Positions 1 through 9,504 of a stretch of 32,482 nt of DNA are shown piece after piece. The notes beneath the pieces are model-generated. The model saw only the letters and a program-made list of their open reading frames with translations, ran no database searches and was not told the origin of the DNA. The translations under genes were made by a program, and so were the position numbers. The stretch spans positions 1 through 32,482 of the forward strand of contig JACPCX010000162.1 in assembly GCA_016184305.1 (NCBI GenBank). Reading direction: 5' to 3'. The DNA is from Candidatus Rokuibacteriota bacterium (GTDB lineage: Bacteria; Methylomirabilota; Methylomirabilia; Rokubacteriales; CSP1-6). The stretch's first letter is position 1. Each line of letters begins with the position of its first letter.

Positions 1-851
1 GCCCTGATCACCAGGTCGGTCACGGAGACCTTGGGGCTGCCCTCGAGGGCGTTGAGCTCCGTGCGGAGCTCCCAGGCGCGGTCCATGGCCACATCCGAGG
101 TCACGTAGAAGTGCGGCACCGGGCCCTTGGAGAGCGGCATGCGCTTGGCGATGGCCGCGCGCATCGACGTGAGCGGAATGTCCTCGAACTCGACCGCCGG
201 CCGTGGCGGCACGGCGAATGCGGGGCGCGCGGCTGCGGGTGGAGCCGGGGGCGCCAGGGGCGTGACCGGCACGGGCGGGGCCGGGGCCGCCGCAAGCACC
301 GTCTCGACGTCGCGCCGCACGATGCGGCCGCCCGGGCCCGTCCCCTGCAACAGCCGCAGGTCGACCCCGGACTGGGCCGCGATCTTCTTCGCCAGCGGAG
401 AGGCCTTCACTCGTCCGCCGCCCGGGGCAGCCGTCACGGCCTGGCCCACCGTCTGGATGCGCGAGGGCTCGGCGCCCATGGAGATGACCGCCGTCGTCTC
501 GGGTGCGGACCTGTACGTCTCCCCGGCCGGGAGTGCAGGAGCGGGAGCCGGGGCCGCCGGCGCGGCAGCCGGGGTCTTCGGCAACTCGGCGGCGACGCCG
601 CCGATATCGTCCGCCGGTTCGGCGATGACCCCGATGAGCTGGCCCACGGGAACCTGCCCACCGTCCGGCACGATGATCTTCCGGAGCACGCCCCCGCCGA
701 ACGCCTCGATCTCGACATTGGCCTTGTCGGTCTCGATCTCGGCGATGACGTCGCCTCCCTTGACGGGCTCGCCCTCCCGCTTCAACCACTTGATGACCTT
801 GCCGCTCTCCATGGCCTCGGACAGCTTTGGCATCAGCACTTTGGTGATCAT
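1..851 (-). CDS. pdhC: Pyruvate dehydrogenase E2, dihydrolipoamide acetyltransferase (partial; 3' part runs off the window)
   Basis: Not in the ORF track; translated by hand from ATG 851: MITKVLMPKLSEAMESGKVIKWLKREGE...EIETDKANVEIE (lipoyl domain), Ala/Pro linker, RVKASPLAKKIA...GTGPGGRIVRRDV (subunit-binding domain). ATGA overlap with the pdhB stop. Confidence 0.95.
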   Translation of the reverse strand, partial: MITKVLMPKLSEAMESGKVIKWLKREGEPVKGGDVIAEIETDKANVEIEAFGGGVLRKIIVPDGGQVPVGQLIGVIAEPADDIGGVAAELPKTPAAAPAAPAPAPALPAGETYRSAPETTAVISMGAEPSRIQTVGQAVTAAPGGGRVKASPLAKKIAAQSGVDLRLLQGTGPGGRIVRRDVETVLAAAPAPPVPVTPLAPPAPPAAARPAFAVPPRPAVEFEDIPLTSMRAAIAKRMPLSKGPVPHFYVTSDVAMDRAWELRTELNALEGSPKVSVTDLVIR

Positions 852-1828
852 GCGTTGCAGACCTTTCGGATGGCGGCCGCGATCTTGGCCTTCGAGGGGG
901 TCTTGAGCAGCTCCAGGTTCCGCGCATAGGGCATCGGGGCGTTCTCCCCGGTGACCCGCTCGACGGGCGCGTCCAGATCGTCGAAGGCCTGCTCCGTGAT
1001 GAAGGAGAGGATCTCCGAGCCCATGCCGGCGAATCCGGCCCCGGCTTCGATCACCACCGCCCGGTGAGTTTTCCTGACGGAGCTGACGATCGTCTGGGTG
1101 TCCATGGGGCGCAGGGTGCGCGGGTCCACGATCTCCACGGACATCCCCTCCCGGGCGAGCTCCTCGGCGACCTCCATGGCGCGGTACATCATGCCCATGT
1201 AGGCGACGACCGTCACGTCCGTCCCCTCTCGCCTCACGATGGCCTGACCCAGCGGGATTGTGAAGTCCGGATCGTCCGGCACCTCGCCCTTGACCGCGTA
1301 GAGCGTCTCGGACTCGATGAAGATCACCGGGTTCTCGTCCCGGATCGCGGACTTGAGCAGGCCCTTGGCGTCGGCCGGCGTGGACGGGCGCACCACCTTG
1401 AGCCCGGGCACGTGATAGAAGTAGGTTTCCATGCTCTGGGAGTGCTGGGCCGCGAGCTGCGCCGCCGGGCCCCCGGGCCCGCGCACGACGAGAGGGATGT
1501 TGTACTGCCCGCCCGACATGTAGAGCATCTTGGCGGCGGTGTTGACGATCTGGTCCAGAGCCAGGATGGCGAAGTTGAACGTCATCATCTCGAGGACGGG
1601 CCGCAGCCCCAGCATGGCGGCGCCGACGCCGACGCCGGTGAAGCCCGACTCACAGATCGGCGTGTCGACGACCCGCTTCTCGCCGAACTCCTTGAGGAGC
1701 CCCTGCGTCACCCTGTAGGCCCCCTCATACAGCCCCACCTCTTCCCCCATGACGAACACCCGGGGGTCGCGGCGCATCTCCTCGCACAGCGCCAGGTTCA
1801 GGGCCTCGCGGTAGGTCATGACGGCCAT
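848..1828 (-). CDS. pdhB: Pyruvate dehydrogenase E1 beta subunit
   Basis: TYREALN..EEMRRD, DTPICESGF, AAQHSQS, DPRTLRP motifs; lies between E1 alpha and E2. Confidence 0.95.
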   Translation of the reverse strand: MAVMTYREALNLALCEEMRRDPRVFVMGEEVGLYEGAYRVTQGLLKEFGEKRVVDTPICESGFTGVGVGAAMLGLRPVLEMMTFNFAILALDQIVNTAAKMLYMSGGQYNIPLVVRGPGGPAAQLAAQHSQSMETYFYHVPGLKVVRPSTPADAKGLLKSAIRDENPVIFIESETLYAVKGEVPDDPDFTIPLGQAIVRREGTDVTVVAYMGMMYRAMEVAEELAREGMSVEIVDPRTLRPMDTQTIVSSVRKTHRAVVIEAGAGFAGMGSEILSFITEQAFDDLDAPVERVTGENAPMPYARNLELLKTPSKAKIAAAIRKVCNA

Positions 1829-1834
1829 GGCTGG

Positions 1835-2833
1835 TCAGTCCTTGTAGACGTCGGTGAAGAGGAACGAAGCCGGCGGCTCGGGAGAGGCTTCCGCGAACGC
1901 GACGGCCTCGTCCACCGCGTCGGCGACATTCTGTTCGATGGCCCTGACGTCGGCCTCGGAGAGCACCCCGTCCTTCAGGCCCCTGGCGCTGAGGAGCGCG
2001 ATGGGGTCACGCTGCTTCTCCCGCTCCACCTCCTCGCGGGTGCGGTACACCGCGCCCGCCGGATCGCGCATGGAGTGGCCCCGGAAGCGATAGGTGCGCG
2101 CCTCGATGAGCGCCGGTGTCTTGTCCCGCCGCGCCCGCTCCACCACCCGACCCACGCACTCGCGGACGGCCAGCACGTCCATCCCGTCCACGGCCTCGCC
2201 GTGGATCCCGTAGGTCTCGGCGAAGCGCCAGATCTCCGTCTGGGCCAGCGCTCGATGGATCGCGGTGCCCATGGCGTAGCGGTTGTTCTCGCAGATGTAG
2301 ATGACGGGCAGCTTCCACAGGGCCACCAGGTTCATGGCCTCGTGGAACTCTCCCTCGTGCACGGCCCCATCGCCGAAGAAGCAGAGCACGACCTGGTCTC
2401 CGCCCTGGTAGTTGATGGCGAAGCCGGCCCCCGCGGCCAGCGGCAGATGTGCGCCCACGATGCCGTGGCCGCCGAGGAAGTTGACGCTCTTGTCGAAGAG
2501 GTGCATCGAGCCGCCCTTGCCCTTGCTGAGGCCGTCGCGGCGGCCGAAGAGCTCGGCCATCATCCGCCGGGGGTCGGATCCCTTCGCGAGACAGTGACCG
2601 TGCTCGCGGTAGGAGGACACCGCGTAGTCGTCCGGGCGGAGCGTCGAGGTCGCGCCGACGGCCACCGCCTCCTGCCCGATGTAGAGGTGGAGGAAGCCCC
2701 CGATCTTGCCGAGAGCGTACATCTCGGCGGCCTTCTCCTCGAATCGGCGGATCAGCGCCATCTGGCCGAGAAGCCGCCGTGCCAGGGCCGCATCGAGTCG
2801 CGGGGAGAGGATCGTCGTCGTCGCCTGGGCCAT
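1835..2833 (-). CDS. pdhA: Pyruvate dehydrogenase E1 alpha subunit
   Basis: KIGGFLHLYIGQEA, GKGGSMH, TPP-binding GDGA...ENNRY, TYRFRGHSM. Confidence 0.95.
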   Translation of the reverse strand: MAQATTTILSPRLDAALARRLLGQMALIRRFEEKAAEMYALGKIGGFLHLYIGQEAVAVGATSTLRPDDYAVSSYREHGHCLAKGSDPRRMMAELFGRRDGLSKGKGGSMHLFDKSVNFLGGHGIVGAHLPLAAGAGFAINYQGGDQVVLCFFGDGAVHEGEFHEAMNLVALWKLPVIYICENNRYAMGTAIHRALAQTEIWRFAETYGIHGEAVDGMDVLAVRECVGRVVERARRDKTPALIEARTYRFRGHSMRDPAGAVYRTREEVEREKQRDPIALLSARGLKDGVLSEADVRAIEQNVADAVDEAVAFAEASPEPPASFLFTDVYKD

Positions 2834-2842
2834 ACAGGATGT

Positions 2843-3145
2843 CTACCAGCGCATCAGGCTCAGCTCGTCCACCGACAGACGGCGCCGCATCCGGAAGATC
2901 GACACGATGATCGCGAGCCCCACCGCCACCTCGGCGGCAGCGACGCACATGACGAAGAACACCAGCGCCTGCCCTTGGGCTGTGCCGTGGCGTTGACCGA
3001 AGGCCACGAGGGCCAGGTTGGCCGCGTTGAGCATCAGCTCGATGGACATGAAGATCACCAGTGGGTTTCGCCGGATCAGCACGCCCACCAGGCCGATGAC
3101 GAACAGCACTGCCGACAGGGCCACGTAGTGGGACTCGGGCACCAT
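2843..3145 (-). CDS. nuoK: NADH-quinone oxidoreductase subunit K
   Basis: 100 aa, three hydrophobic helices, [11 protein letters not shown] and [10 protein letters not shown] with both conserved Glu. Confidence 0.96.
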   Translation of the reverse strand: MVPESHYVALSAVLFVIGLVGVLIRRNPLVIFMSIELMLNAANLALVAFGQRHGTAQGQALVFFVMCVAAAEVAVGLAIIVSIFRMRRRLSVDELSLMRW

Positions 3146-3146
3146 G

Positions 3147-3647
3147 CTAGGACGCCTTCCGCTTGGTGAGAGCCATCACGCCGATCAGGGCCGCGAGGAG
3201 GAGGAACGACGTCACCTCGAAGGGGAACAGGTAGTCCGTGAAGAGGAGCCGGCCCACCGCCTCGACGCCGCCGGGAACCGTCGCCGGGCTCCGGGGCGTG
3301 GTGAACACGGTGGAGCGGAGCACGAGGGCGATCTCCAGCGCCAGGAATCCTCCGAGCGGGACCGCGAGCCAGCGCTGGGCCCGCAGCGGATCCGGCCCCG
3401 TCTCCTCCTTGCCCGGGATCAGCACCATGATGGCGAACACGAACAGCACGGCGATGGCGCCGGCGTAGACGATGACCTGCGCCGCCGCCAGGAACTCGGC
3501 GTGCATCATCAGGTACAGCGCCGCCACGCCGCCGAGGTTGACGACCAGGAACAGCGCCCCGTGGATGGGATTCCTGCGCACCACGAGCCCCACGGCGGAG
3601 CCCACCACCAGCGCTGCCAGGATCCAGAACGCGATCACGCTGCCCAT
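3147..3647 (-). CDS. nuoJ: NADH-quinone oxidoreductase subunit J
   Basis: [42 protein letters not shown]. Confidence 0.95.
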   Translation of the reverse strand: MGSVIAFWILAALVVGSAVGLVVRRNPIHGALFLVVNLGGVAALYLMMHAEFLAAAQVIVYAGAIAVLFVFAIMVLIPGKEETGPDPLRAQRWLAVPLGGFLALEIALVLRSTVFTTPRSPATVPGGVEAVGRLLFTDYLFPFEVTSFLLLAALIGVMALTKRKAS

Positions 3648-3653
3648 GTCACA

Positions 3654-3777
3654 CCGCCTCGCTCCGCTCGGGGGATCTTCATCTCCGCTCGCCTCGCTCT
3701 CACGGCTGCGGCTCGCCGCCTCGCTCCGCTCGGGGGATCTCCATGTTCGCTCGCCTCGCTCTCACGGCTGCGGCTCG
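3654..3777. repeat. Two tandem 62-bp REP-like units between nuoI and nuoJ
   Basis: Units 3654-3715 and 3716-3777 (ccgcctcgctccgctcgggggatct...ctcacggctgcggctcg), 3 mismatches by hand alignment; the second unit contains the nuoI stop. Confidence 0.9.
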
Positions 3778-4373
3778 CCAACCTTGCGGTCCGCCGGGAT
3801 GGGGACCGGGGAGGTGGGCGCCCCGTCCGCCTGGGCGGGCTCCAGGGCCAGCAGCATCTCCTTCGTGTAGATCATCCCGGCGCGGCTGTAGGAGGCGAAC
3901 TCGAGGATCCCCGTGTCCATGCGGATGGCGTCCTCGGGACACGCCTCGACGCAATAGCCGCAGAACACGCACTTGCCGAGGTCGATGTCGAACCGCGCGG
4001 GCACCTTCTCGATGTCGGGGTTCGGGTGCTCGGTGGCCACGATGTAGATGCAGTGCGCCGGGCACACGGTCTCGCACATCATGCAGGCCACGCAGCGCGG
4101 GGAGCCGTCCTCGCGGCGCACCAGGCGGTGAAGGCTGCGGAGCCGCGGCGGGTACGGCCGCCGCTCTTCCGGGTACTGGATCGTCACGGCCCCGCGCGCG
4201 GCCTTGATTCCCACGGCGTGCAGCGTGTGACGCCACATGTTGGCGAAGAAGCGGACGCCCGTCAGCCGGAGCCCGGCCAGCACCTCGACCAGGTAGTAGC
4301 GCTGGCGGACCGTCATCCGGCTCGGGTGCCGCCGATCCATGGGCACGTTCGACTCGGCGTAGCGGTTGGCCAC
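3762..4373 (-). CDS. nuoI: NADH-quinone oxidoreductase subunit I
   Basis: TIQYPEE plus two ferredoxin motifs, CVACMMCETVCP and CVFCGYCVEACP. Confidence 0.95.
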   Translation of the reverse strand: MANRYAESNVPMDRRHPSRMTVRQRYYLVEVLAGLRLTGVRFFANMWRHTLHAVGIKAARGAVTIQYPEERRPYPPRLRSLHRLVRREDGSPRCVACMMCETVCPAHCIYIVATEHPNPDIEKVPARFDIDLGKCVFCGYCVEACPEDAIRMDTGILEFASYSRAGMIYTKEMLLALEPAQADGAPTSPVPIPADRKVGEPQP

Positions 4374-4376
4374 GGC

Positions 4377-5486
4377 TCAGCCGCTCACGACCAGGAGGAT
4401 GAACCCGGTCACCACGATGTTCAGGATCGAGAGCGGGAAGAGGCCCAGCCAGCCGAGACGCATGGCCTGGTCATACCGGAAGCGCGGCAGCGTCCAGCGG
4501 ATCAGCATGAGGATCCAGAGCATCACGACCACCTTGAACAGAAAGGTTCCGACCTGGAGCGCCACCACGGCCAGATGCGGGAGCGCCACGGTCGCGCCCC
4601 ACGGGAACACGAAGCCTCCCGCCTGCAGGTACGGCACCTGCCAGCCCCCGAGGAAGAGGGCGGTGGTCATGCCGGCCACGACCACGGTCTCGAGGAAATC
4701 GGCCATCGCGAACATGCCGAACTTCATCCCGCTGTACTCGACGAAGTAGCCGATGATCTCGGACTCGCCCTCCGGCATGTCGAAGGGAACGCGCTTGGTG
4801 GTGGCAATCCCGGCCGTGAGGAACAGGAAGAACGCCAGCGGCTGGGTGAGGAGCCCCCAGGCGGGGATCCAGCTTCCGAAGATCTGTGGCAGCAGCGGCT
4901 GGCCCTGGCCCCGGGCGATCTCCTGCATGTTGAGCGAGCCGTACACCATGACGACGCCCATGATGGAGGCGCCGATGGCGATCTCCGCGGAGATCATGAG
5001 GGCCGCGGCGCGCTGGCCGCCGAGGAGGGCGTAGTTGTTGGCCGAGGCCCAGCCGGCCATCATCAGGCCGTACACGCCGAGCGAGAGCATCGCCAGGACG
5101 TACAAGATCCCCACGTTGAGCGTCACCGCCTGCAGCTCGATCTCGCGGCCAGCGATCCGGAGGGTGTCGCCGAACGGAATGGAGGCGAAGGCCGCAAGCC
5201 CGAAGAACACGGAGACGAAGGGCGCCAGCGTGAAGAGCAGGCGATCCGCCCGCGCCGGCATGAAGTCTTCCTTCGTGAGCATCTTGATGGCGTCGGCTAG
5301 CGGATGGAGCAGGCCGAACATCCGGATGCCGAAGATGGAGGCCCGGTTGGCGCCGATCCGGTCCTGCATGATGGCCGACTGCTTGCGCTCCACCCAGGTC
5401 AGGATGCCGCCCAGGTTGAGCACGACGAACATGACGAAGGCGACGGGCCCGAAGGCCGCCGCCAGATCGCCTGCCAGCCCGTTCAC
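4377..5486 (-). CDS. nuoH: NADH-quinone oxidoreductase subunit H
   Basis: ERK..A.MQDRIG, ADAIKMLTKED, RVPFDMPEGESE, RWTLPRFRYDQ; GTG start overlaps the nuoG stop. Confidence 0.96.
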   Translation of the reverse strand: MNGLAGDLAAAFGPVAFVMFVVLNLGGILTWVERKQSAIMQDRIGANRASIFGIRMFGLLHPLADAIKMLTKEDFMPARADRLLFTLAPFVSVFFGLAAFASIPFGDTLRIAGREIELQAVTLNVGILYVLAMLSLGVYGLMMAGWASANNYALLGGQRAAALMISAEIAIGASIMGVVMVYGSLNMQEIARGQGQPLLPQIFGSWIPAWGLLTQPLAFFLFLTAGIATTKRVPFDMPEGESEIIGYFVEYSGMKFGMFAMADFLETVVVAGMTTALFLGGWQVPYLQAGGFVFPWGATVALPHLAVVALQVGTFLFKVVVMLWILMLIRWTLPRFRYDQAMRLGWLGLFPLSILNIVVTGFILLVVSG

Positions 5487-7093
5487 GACCGCACCATGAG
5501 CCCGGTATCGCCCAGCGCCCGGTAGCTGAGACCCGCGAAGGCGGGCACAGCCGCGGCGAGCCCGTTGAAGGCGTGCTCGGCGCGCTCCGCCCGGAAGACG
5601 GGATCATCCGCCTCCAGCGCCCGCCCGACCCGTGCCAGGATCTCCCACCCCGGCAGCGCCTCGCCCAGCGGCGGCAGCGCCGTCCTGAAGCGCTGCACGC
5701 GCCCCTCGAAGCTGGTGAACGTCCCGTCGCACTCGGCATAGGCCGCGCTCGGGAGGATGAGATGGGCGCGGCCGGAGATGCCGTTGGCGTTGGTCCCCTG
5801 GAAGATCACGCACTGGGCCCCCGCGAGCGCCGCCTGGACGTCGCTCTCGAGAAGTCCGGACGCCAGCAGGTCGTGCTGAAAGACCCACAGGAGCTTGATC
5901 CGCTTCCGGGCCGCCGCCTCCAGCATGCCGCGCGCGTCGAGCCCTCCGGGGCCCGACACGAGCCCCACCAGCTCCGCGCCCCGAGTATTCGGGTTCTTGT
6001 CGGCCCGGATGAGGAAGTCGTCCTCGTCACCCGGCTCGCGCGGCGGGACATGCGCGCCCCGCTGGCTCACGCCCAGATGATCCAGGAGCCTCCGCAGCAC
6101 GTAGAGGTCCTCGTTGGCCATCTGCGGCGAGGCGATCACGCCGATCTCCTCGGGCCGGTGCCCGCGGAGCGCACGGGCCGCCGCCGCCACCACCTCGTCC
6201 CACGTCGTCCCGGTGCTCCGGCCGCTCACGGACATCATGGGCGTGGTGAGCCGGCTCTCGCCGTCGATCCACGGGAAGCCGTAGCGACCCGCGTCGCAGA
6301 TCCACCACTTGTTCACGTCCGCATTGAAGCGCGGCTTGATGCGCGCGACCCGCCGCCCCCGGTTGTGGTGAGGGCGGCGCTGGCTCGTGTGGATCTCGAT
6401 GTTGCAGCCCCGCGCGCAGCCGGGGCACACCGACTTGGCTCGGTCCAGGTACCACACCCGCACCTGGAACCGGAAATCCCGGTCCGTCAGCGCGCCCACG
6501 GGGCAGATGTCGATGACGTTGCCGGAGTACTTGTTCTCCAGCGCCGCGCCCGGGAACAGGCCGATCACGGAGTGGTCGCCGCGGTTGAAGATGCCGAGCT
6601 CGCCCGTCCGCGTGATCTCGTCACAGTAGCGGACGCAGCGGGAGCAGAGGATGCAGCGCTCGGCATCCAGCATCACGTGCGGGCCCAGCGGCACGGCCTT
6701 CGGCTTGTGGACCTTGTCGTCCGTCATCCGCGGGTCGTACAGGCCGTGCTTCATGTAGTAGATCTGCAGCCAGCACTCCCCCGCCTGATCGCACACGGGG
6801 CAGTCCAGCGGGTGGTTGATCAGGTGGAACTCCATGATGGAGCGGCGGGTCTCCTTGACCCGCTCCGTCTCGGTGTTGACCACCATGCCGTCGGTGGCCA
6901 GCGTGTTGCACCCGACCTGAGGCCGCGGCACCTTCTCGATGTCCACCATGCAGAGGCGGCACTGGCCGGCCACGGACAGCCCGGGGTGATAGCAGTAGTG
7001 CGGCACCTCGGCGCCGGCGAGCCTGGCCGCCTCGATGAGGTTGGTGCCCGCGGGCACCTCGACCTCCTTGCCATTGATGGTGAGCCTAGGCAT
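5483..7093 (-). CDS. nuoG: NADH-quinone oxidoreductase subunit G (short form, 536 aa)
   Basis: CYHPGL..AGQCRLC, HPLDCPVCDQAGEC, RCILCSRC, CPVGAL, CPGCARGC...WICD Fe-S motifs. Confidence 0.93.
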   Translation of the reverse strand: MPRLTINGKEVEVPAGTNLIEAARLAGAEVPHYCYHPGLSVAGQCRLCMVDIEKVPRPQVGCNTLATDGMVVNTETERVKETRRSIMEFHLINHPLDCPVCDQAGECWLQIYYMKHGLYDPRMTDDKVHKPKAVPLGPHVMLDAERCILCSRCVRYCDEITRTGELGIFNRGDHSVIGLFPGAALENKYSGNVIDICPVGALTDRDFRFQVRVWYLDRAKSVCPGCARGCNIEIHTSQRRPHHNRGRRVARIKPRFNADVNKWWICDAGRYGFPWIDGESRLTTPMMSVSGRSTGTTWDEVVAAAARALRGHRPEEIGVIASPQMANEDLYVLRRLLDHLGVSQRGAHVPPREPGDEDDFLIRADKNPNTRGAELVGLVSGPGGLDARGMLEAAARKRIKLLWVFQHDLLASGLLESDVQAALAGAQCVIFQGTNANGISGRAHLILPSAAYAECDGTFTSFEGRVQRFRTALPPLGEALPGWEILARVGRALEADDPVFRAERAEHAFNGLAAAVPAFAGLSYRALGDTGLMVRS

Positions 7094-8342
7094 GCGCCCC
7101 GCTCCTGATCAGCGCCTCGAACTCCTCGCGGAACTTCTCGATGTAGCTGATGTACGGCCCCACGGCCCCATCGTAGAAGGCGCAGATCGTGGTGCCCGCC
7201 CCCCGCTTGGCCACATCGAGGATGGTGTCGAGGTCTTCCTTGCGGCCCTTGCCCTCGACGATCCGGTGGACCATCTTGTAGATCCAGCCCGTCGACTCGC
7301 GGCAAGGCGTGCACTGGCCGCACGACTCGTGCGCGTAGAAACGCGCCACGACCATCAAGGCATGAGGGATGGACACGGTCTCGTCCATCACGATGATGCC
7401 GGCCGAGCCCGCCATGCTCCCCGCGTTGCGGAGACCGTCCACGTCCATGGTCACGTCGATCTCGTCGGCCCGGAGCAGCGGGGCCGACGAGCCGCCCGGC
7501 ACCACCGCCTTGAGCTGCCGGCCATCGCGAATGCCGCCGCAGTGATCGTAGATGAGCTGCCGCAGCGTGACGGAACAGGACGCTTCCACCACGCCGGGCC
7601 GGGCGACGTGCCCCGACAGCGAGTAGAGGCGAGTCCCGCCCTGGGTCTTCGTCCCGAGCGCGGCGAACCACTCCGCGCCCCGGTTGATGATGTGCGGCAC
7701 ACAGGACAGCGTCTCCACGTTGTTGACGATGGTGGGCTGGCCGAAGGCCCCCTTGATGGCGGGGAAGGGCGGCTTGATCTTGGGCCACCCCTTCTTGCCC
7801 TCGAGGGATGACAGCAGGCCCGTCTCCTCGCCGCAGATATAGGCCCCCGCGCCCCGGTGGATCACGATGTCGAAGTCGAAGCCCGTCCCCTGGATGTTCT
7901 TGCCGAGGAGCCCCGCCTCGTAGGCTTCCTGCACGGCGCCGCTGAACACGCGCCATGGCTCCACGTACTCGCCACGGATGTAGACGAAGCCCAGGGGGGA
8001 GTCGATGGCTCTCGCGGCGATGAGCATCCCCTCGATCAGCGCGTGGGGATCGCGAGTGAGGAGGTACCGGTCCTTGAAGGTGCCGGGCTCCCCCTCGTCG
8101 GCATTCACCACGAGGTACTTGGGCGCGGTGGACCCCTTGGGGATGAAGCTCCACTTCATGCCCGCGGGGAACCCCGCGCCGCCGAGCCCGCGGAGGTTGG
8201 CCTTCTTGACCTCCTCGGTGATGGCCGCCGGCTCCATCGCCTTGGCCTTTTCCCAGGCCGTGTAGCCGCCGTGCTCGCGATACACGCGCAGCGTGTGCGA
8301 GTCCGGCACGTCGAAGTTGCGTGAGAGGATCTTCTCAGTCAC
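7086..8342 (-). CDS. nuoF: NADH-quinone oxidoreductase subunit F
   Basis: LRGLGGAGFP, NADEGEPGTFKDR, GAGAYICGEET, ESCGQCTPCRE. Confidence 0.96.
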   Translation of the reverse strand: MTEKILSRNFDVPDSHTLRVYREHGGYTAWEKAKAMEPAAITEEVKKANLRGLGGAGFPAGMKWSFIPKGSTAPKYLVVNADEGEPGTFKDRYLLTRDPHALIEGMLIAARAIDSPLGFVYIRGEYVEPWRVFSGAVQEAYEAGLLGKNIQGTGFDFDIVIHRGAGAYICGEETGLLSSLEGKKGWPKIKPPFPAIKGAFGQPTIVNNVETLSCVPHIINRGAEWFAALGTKTQGGTRLYSLSGHVARPGVVEASCSVTLRQLIYDHCGGIRDGRQLKAVVPGGSSAPLLRADEIDVTMDVDGLRNAGSMAGSAGIIVMDETVSIPHALMVVARFYAHESCGQCTPCRESTGWIYKMVHRIVEGKGRKEDLDTILDVAKRGAGTTICAFYDGAVGPYISYIEKFREEFEALIRSGAHA

Positions 8343-8468
8343 AGGTTAGTTCAACCGCTTCAGCCAGAGCCACAACCGGGCGGCTCACGCCCCGTACATC
8401 CAGGCTCTCCGCGCGGACCCCACTCCGGCAGGAGCCCGCGCGCTCTTCGAGTGAGCAGGTCCGCGGGA

Positions 8469-8726
8469 TCATCGCGCTGTCTTCACCGCCCTGAAGGTGA
8501 ACTGCGGGAGCGTCACCTTCCGCTTCAGTTGCGACCGCCGACGCGACACCCGGTCCATTTCCTCCACGACTTCGCCGTCGAAGTAGCGATGACCACACTG
8601 GTTACAGACATAGGCGGGCACGTTGTCCATCACCACCAGCACCCTCCGGCCGGCTCTGTACAGGTGCCGCACCCGCCGAGGTAGGAGGCGGCCGGACGAG
8701 CAGAAATCGCAGCGGTCTGCTTTCAC
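8469..8726 (-). CDS. YgiT/MqsA-type zinc-finger protein (antitoxin-like, no HTH domain)
   Basis: CDFC...VMDNVPAYVCNQCGHRYF pattern of YgiT-type zinc fingers; directly downstream of a DUF4258-like gene. Confidence 0.82.
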   Translation of the reverse strand: MKADRCDFCSSGRLLPRRVRHLYRAGRRVLVVMDNVPAYVCNQCGHRYFDGEVVEEMDRVSRRRSQLKRKVTLPQFTFRAVKTAR

Positions 8727-8729
8727 GGC

Positions 8730-9020
8730 TCAGCCCCCTCCAGCCTCATACACCGTGATCACGATGACACGTCCGCTGACATCGTCGAAGCGGCACACCG
8801 CTCGGATTCTACGGCCCCCCAGGCTGTGGCCCTCCATGGTGTAGACCCTCCGCTCCAGCGCGTCACGCTGGATCCGGACGACCCTGCCCGAGAGCAGGCC
8901 CTCCACGACCTCACGCGGACTGATCTCTTCCTCCGCCATCTCATCGAGGGCATGCACGGTGAGCCGGTAGCGGCGCGCTCGAACCCTTGACCGAATTCGC
9001 CCGGTCGGCCCATGGGTCAC
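8730..9020 (-). CDS. DUF4258-family protein (putative toxin of a DUF4258/YgiT pair)
   Basis: YRLTVHALDEM.EEEI..REV...L..G and C-terminal VIVITVYE; GTG start overlaps the nuoE stop. Confidence 0.8.
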   Translation of the reverse strand: MTHGPTGRIRSRVRARRYRLTVHALDEMAEEEISPREVVEGLLSGRVVRIQRDALERRVYTMEGHSLGGRRIRAVCRFDDVSGRVIVITVYEAGGG

Positions 9021-9502
9021 TTCAACCCGTCCAGAATGGTATCGACGCGCCCGGGCGTGAGGCCGCCCTCGTAGCGGTCGTCAACCTGCATCATGGGCGC
9101 CTGCTCGCAGGCGCAGAGACACTCGACGGTCAAGAGGGTGATCTTCCCGTCCGCCGTCGTCTCGCCCGGCTCGATGCCGAGCCGCTCCTTCATGTGCTCG
9201 ATGATCCCCTTGGCGCCCAGCAGATGGCAGGACAGGTTGTGGCACACCGCGACGACGTGGCGCCCTTTCGGCTGCTGGAAGAACATGGTGTAGAAGGTCA
9301 CGACCTCGTGGACATGCGCTGGACTGAGGCCGAAGAGCCCGGCGACGTACTCCTCCAGCGGGAGCGAGATGTAGCCGAAGGCCTCCTGCGCCATGTGGAG
9401 CACCGGCAGGAGCGCCCCGCGCGTGTCGGGGTAGAGCGCCTGAAGCCGCCGCACCTCGGCGAGCTGCTCAGCCGTGAACTCGGGACGCCCGGGATCGGGC
9501 AT
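9017..9502 (-). CDS. nuoE: NADH-quinone oxidoreductase subunit E
   Basis: Start moved to ATG 9502, just after the nuoD stop; LLPVLH.AQE, VVTFYTMF, CHNLSC, ECLCACEQAP 2Fe-2S motifs. Confidence 0.94.
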   Translation of the reverse strand: MPDPGRPEFTAEQLAEVRRLQALYPDTRGALLPVLHMAQEAFGYISLPLEEYVAGLFGLSPAHVHEVVTFYTMFFQQPKGRHVVAVCHNLSCHLLGAKGIIEHMKERLGIEPGETTADGKITLLTVECLCACEQAPMMQVDDRYEGGLTPGRVDTILDGLK

Positions 9503-9504
9503 GG

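Noticed and set aside
3654..3777. Repeats here and at 13280-13349 as CRISPR arrays
   Set aside because: Only two units each, no spacers of suitable length, no cas genes
8335..8472. 45-aa ORF bridging the YgiT gene stop and the nuoF start
   Set aside because: The overlaps hint at translational coupling, but there is no recognisable sequence; may be chance
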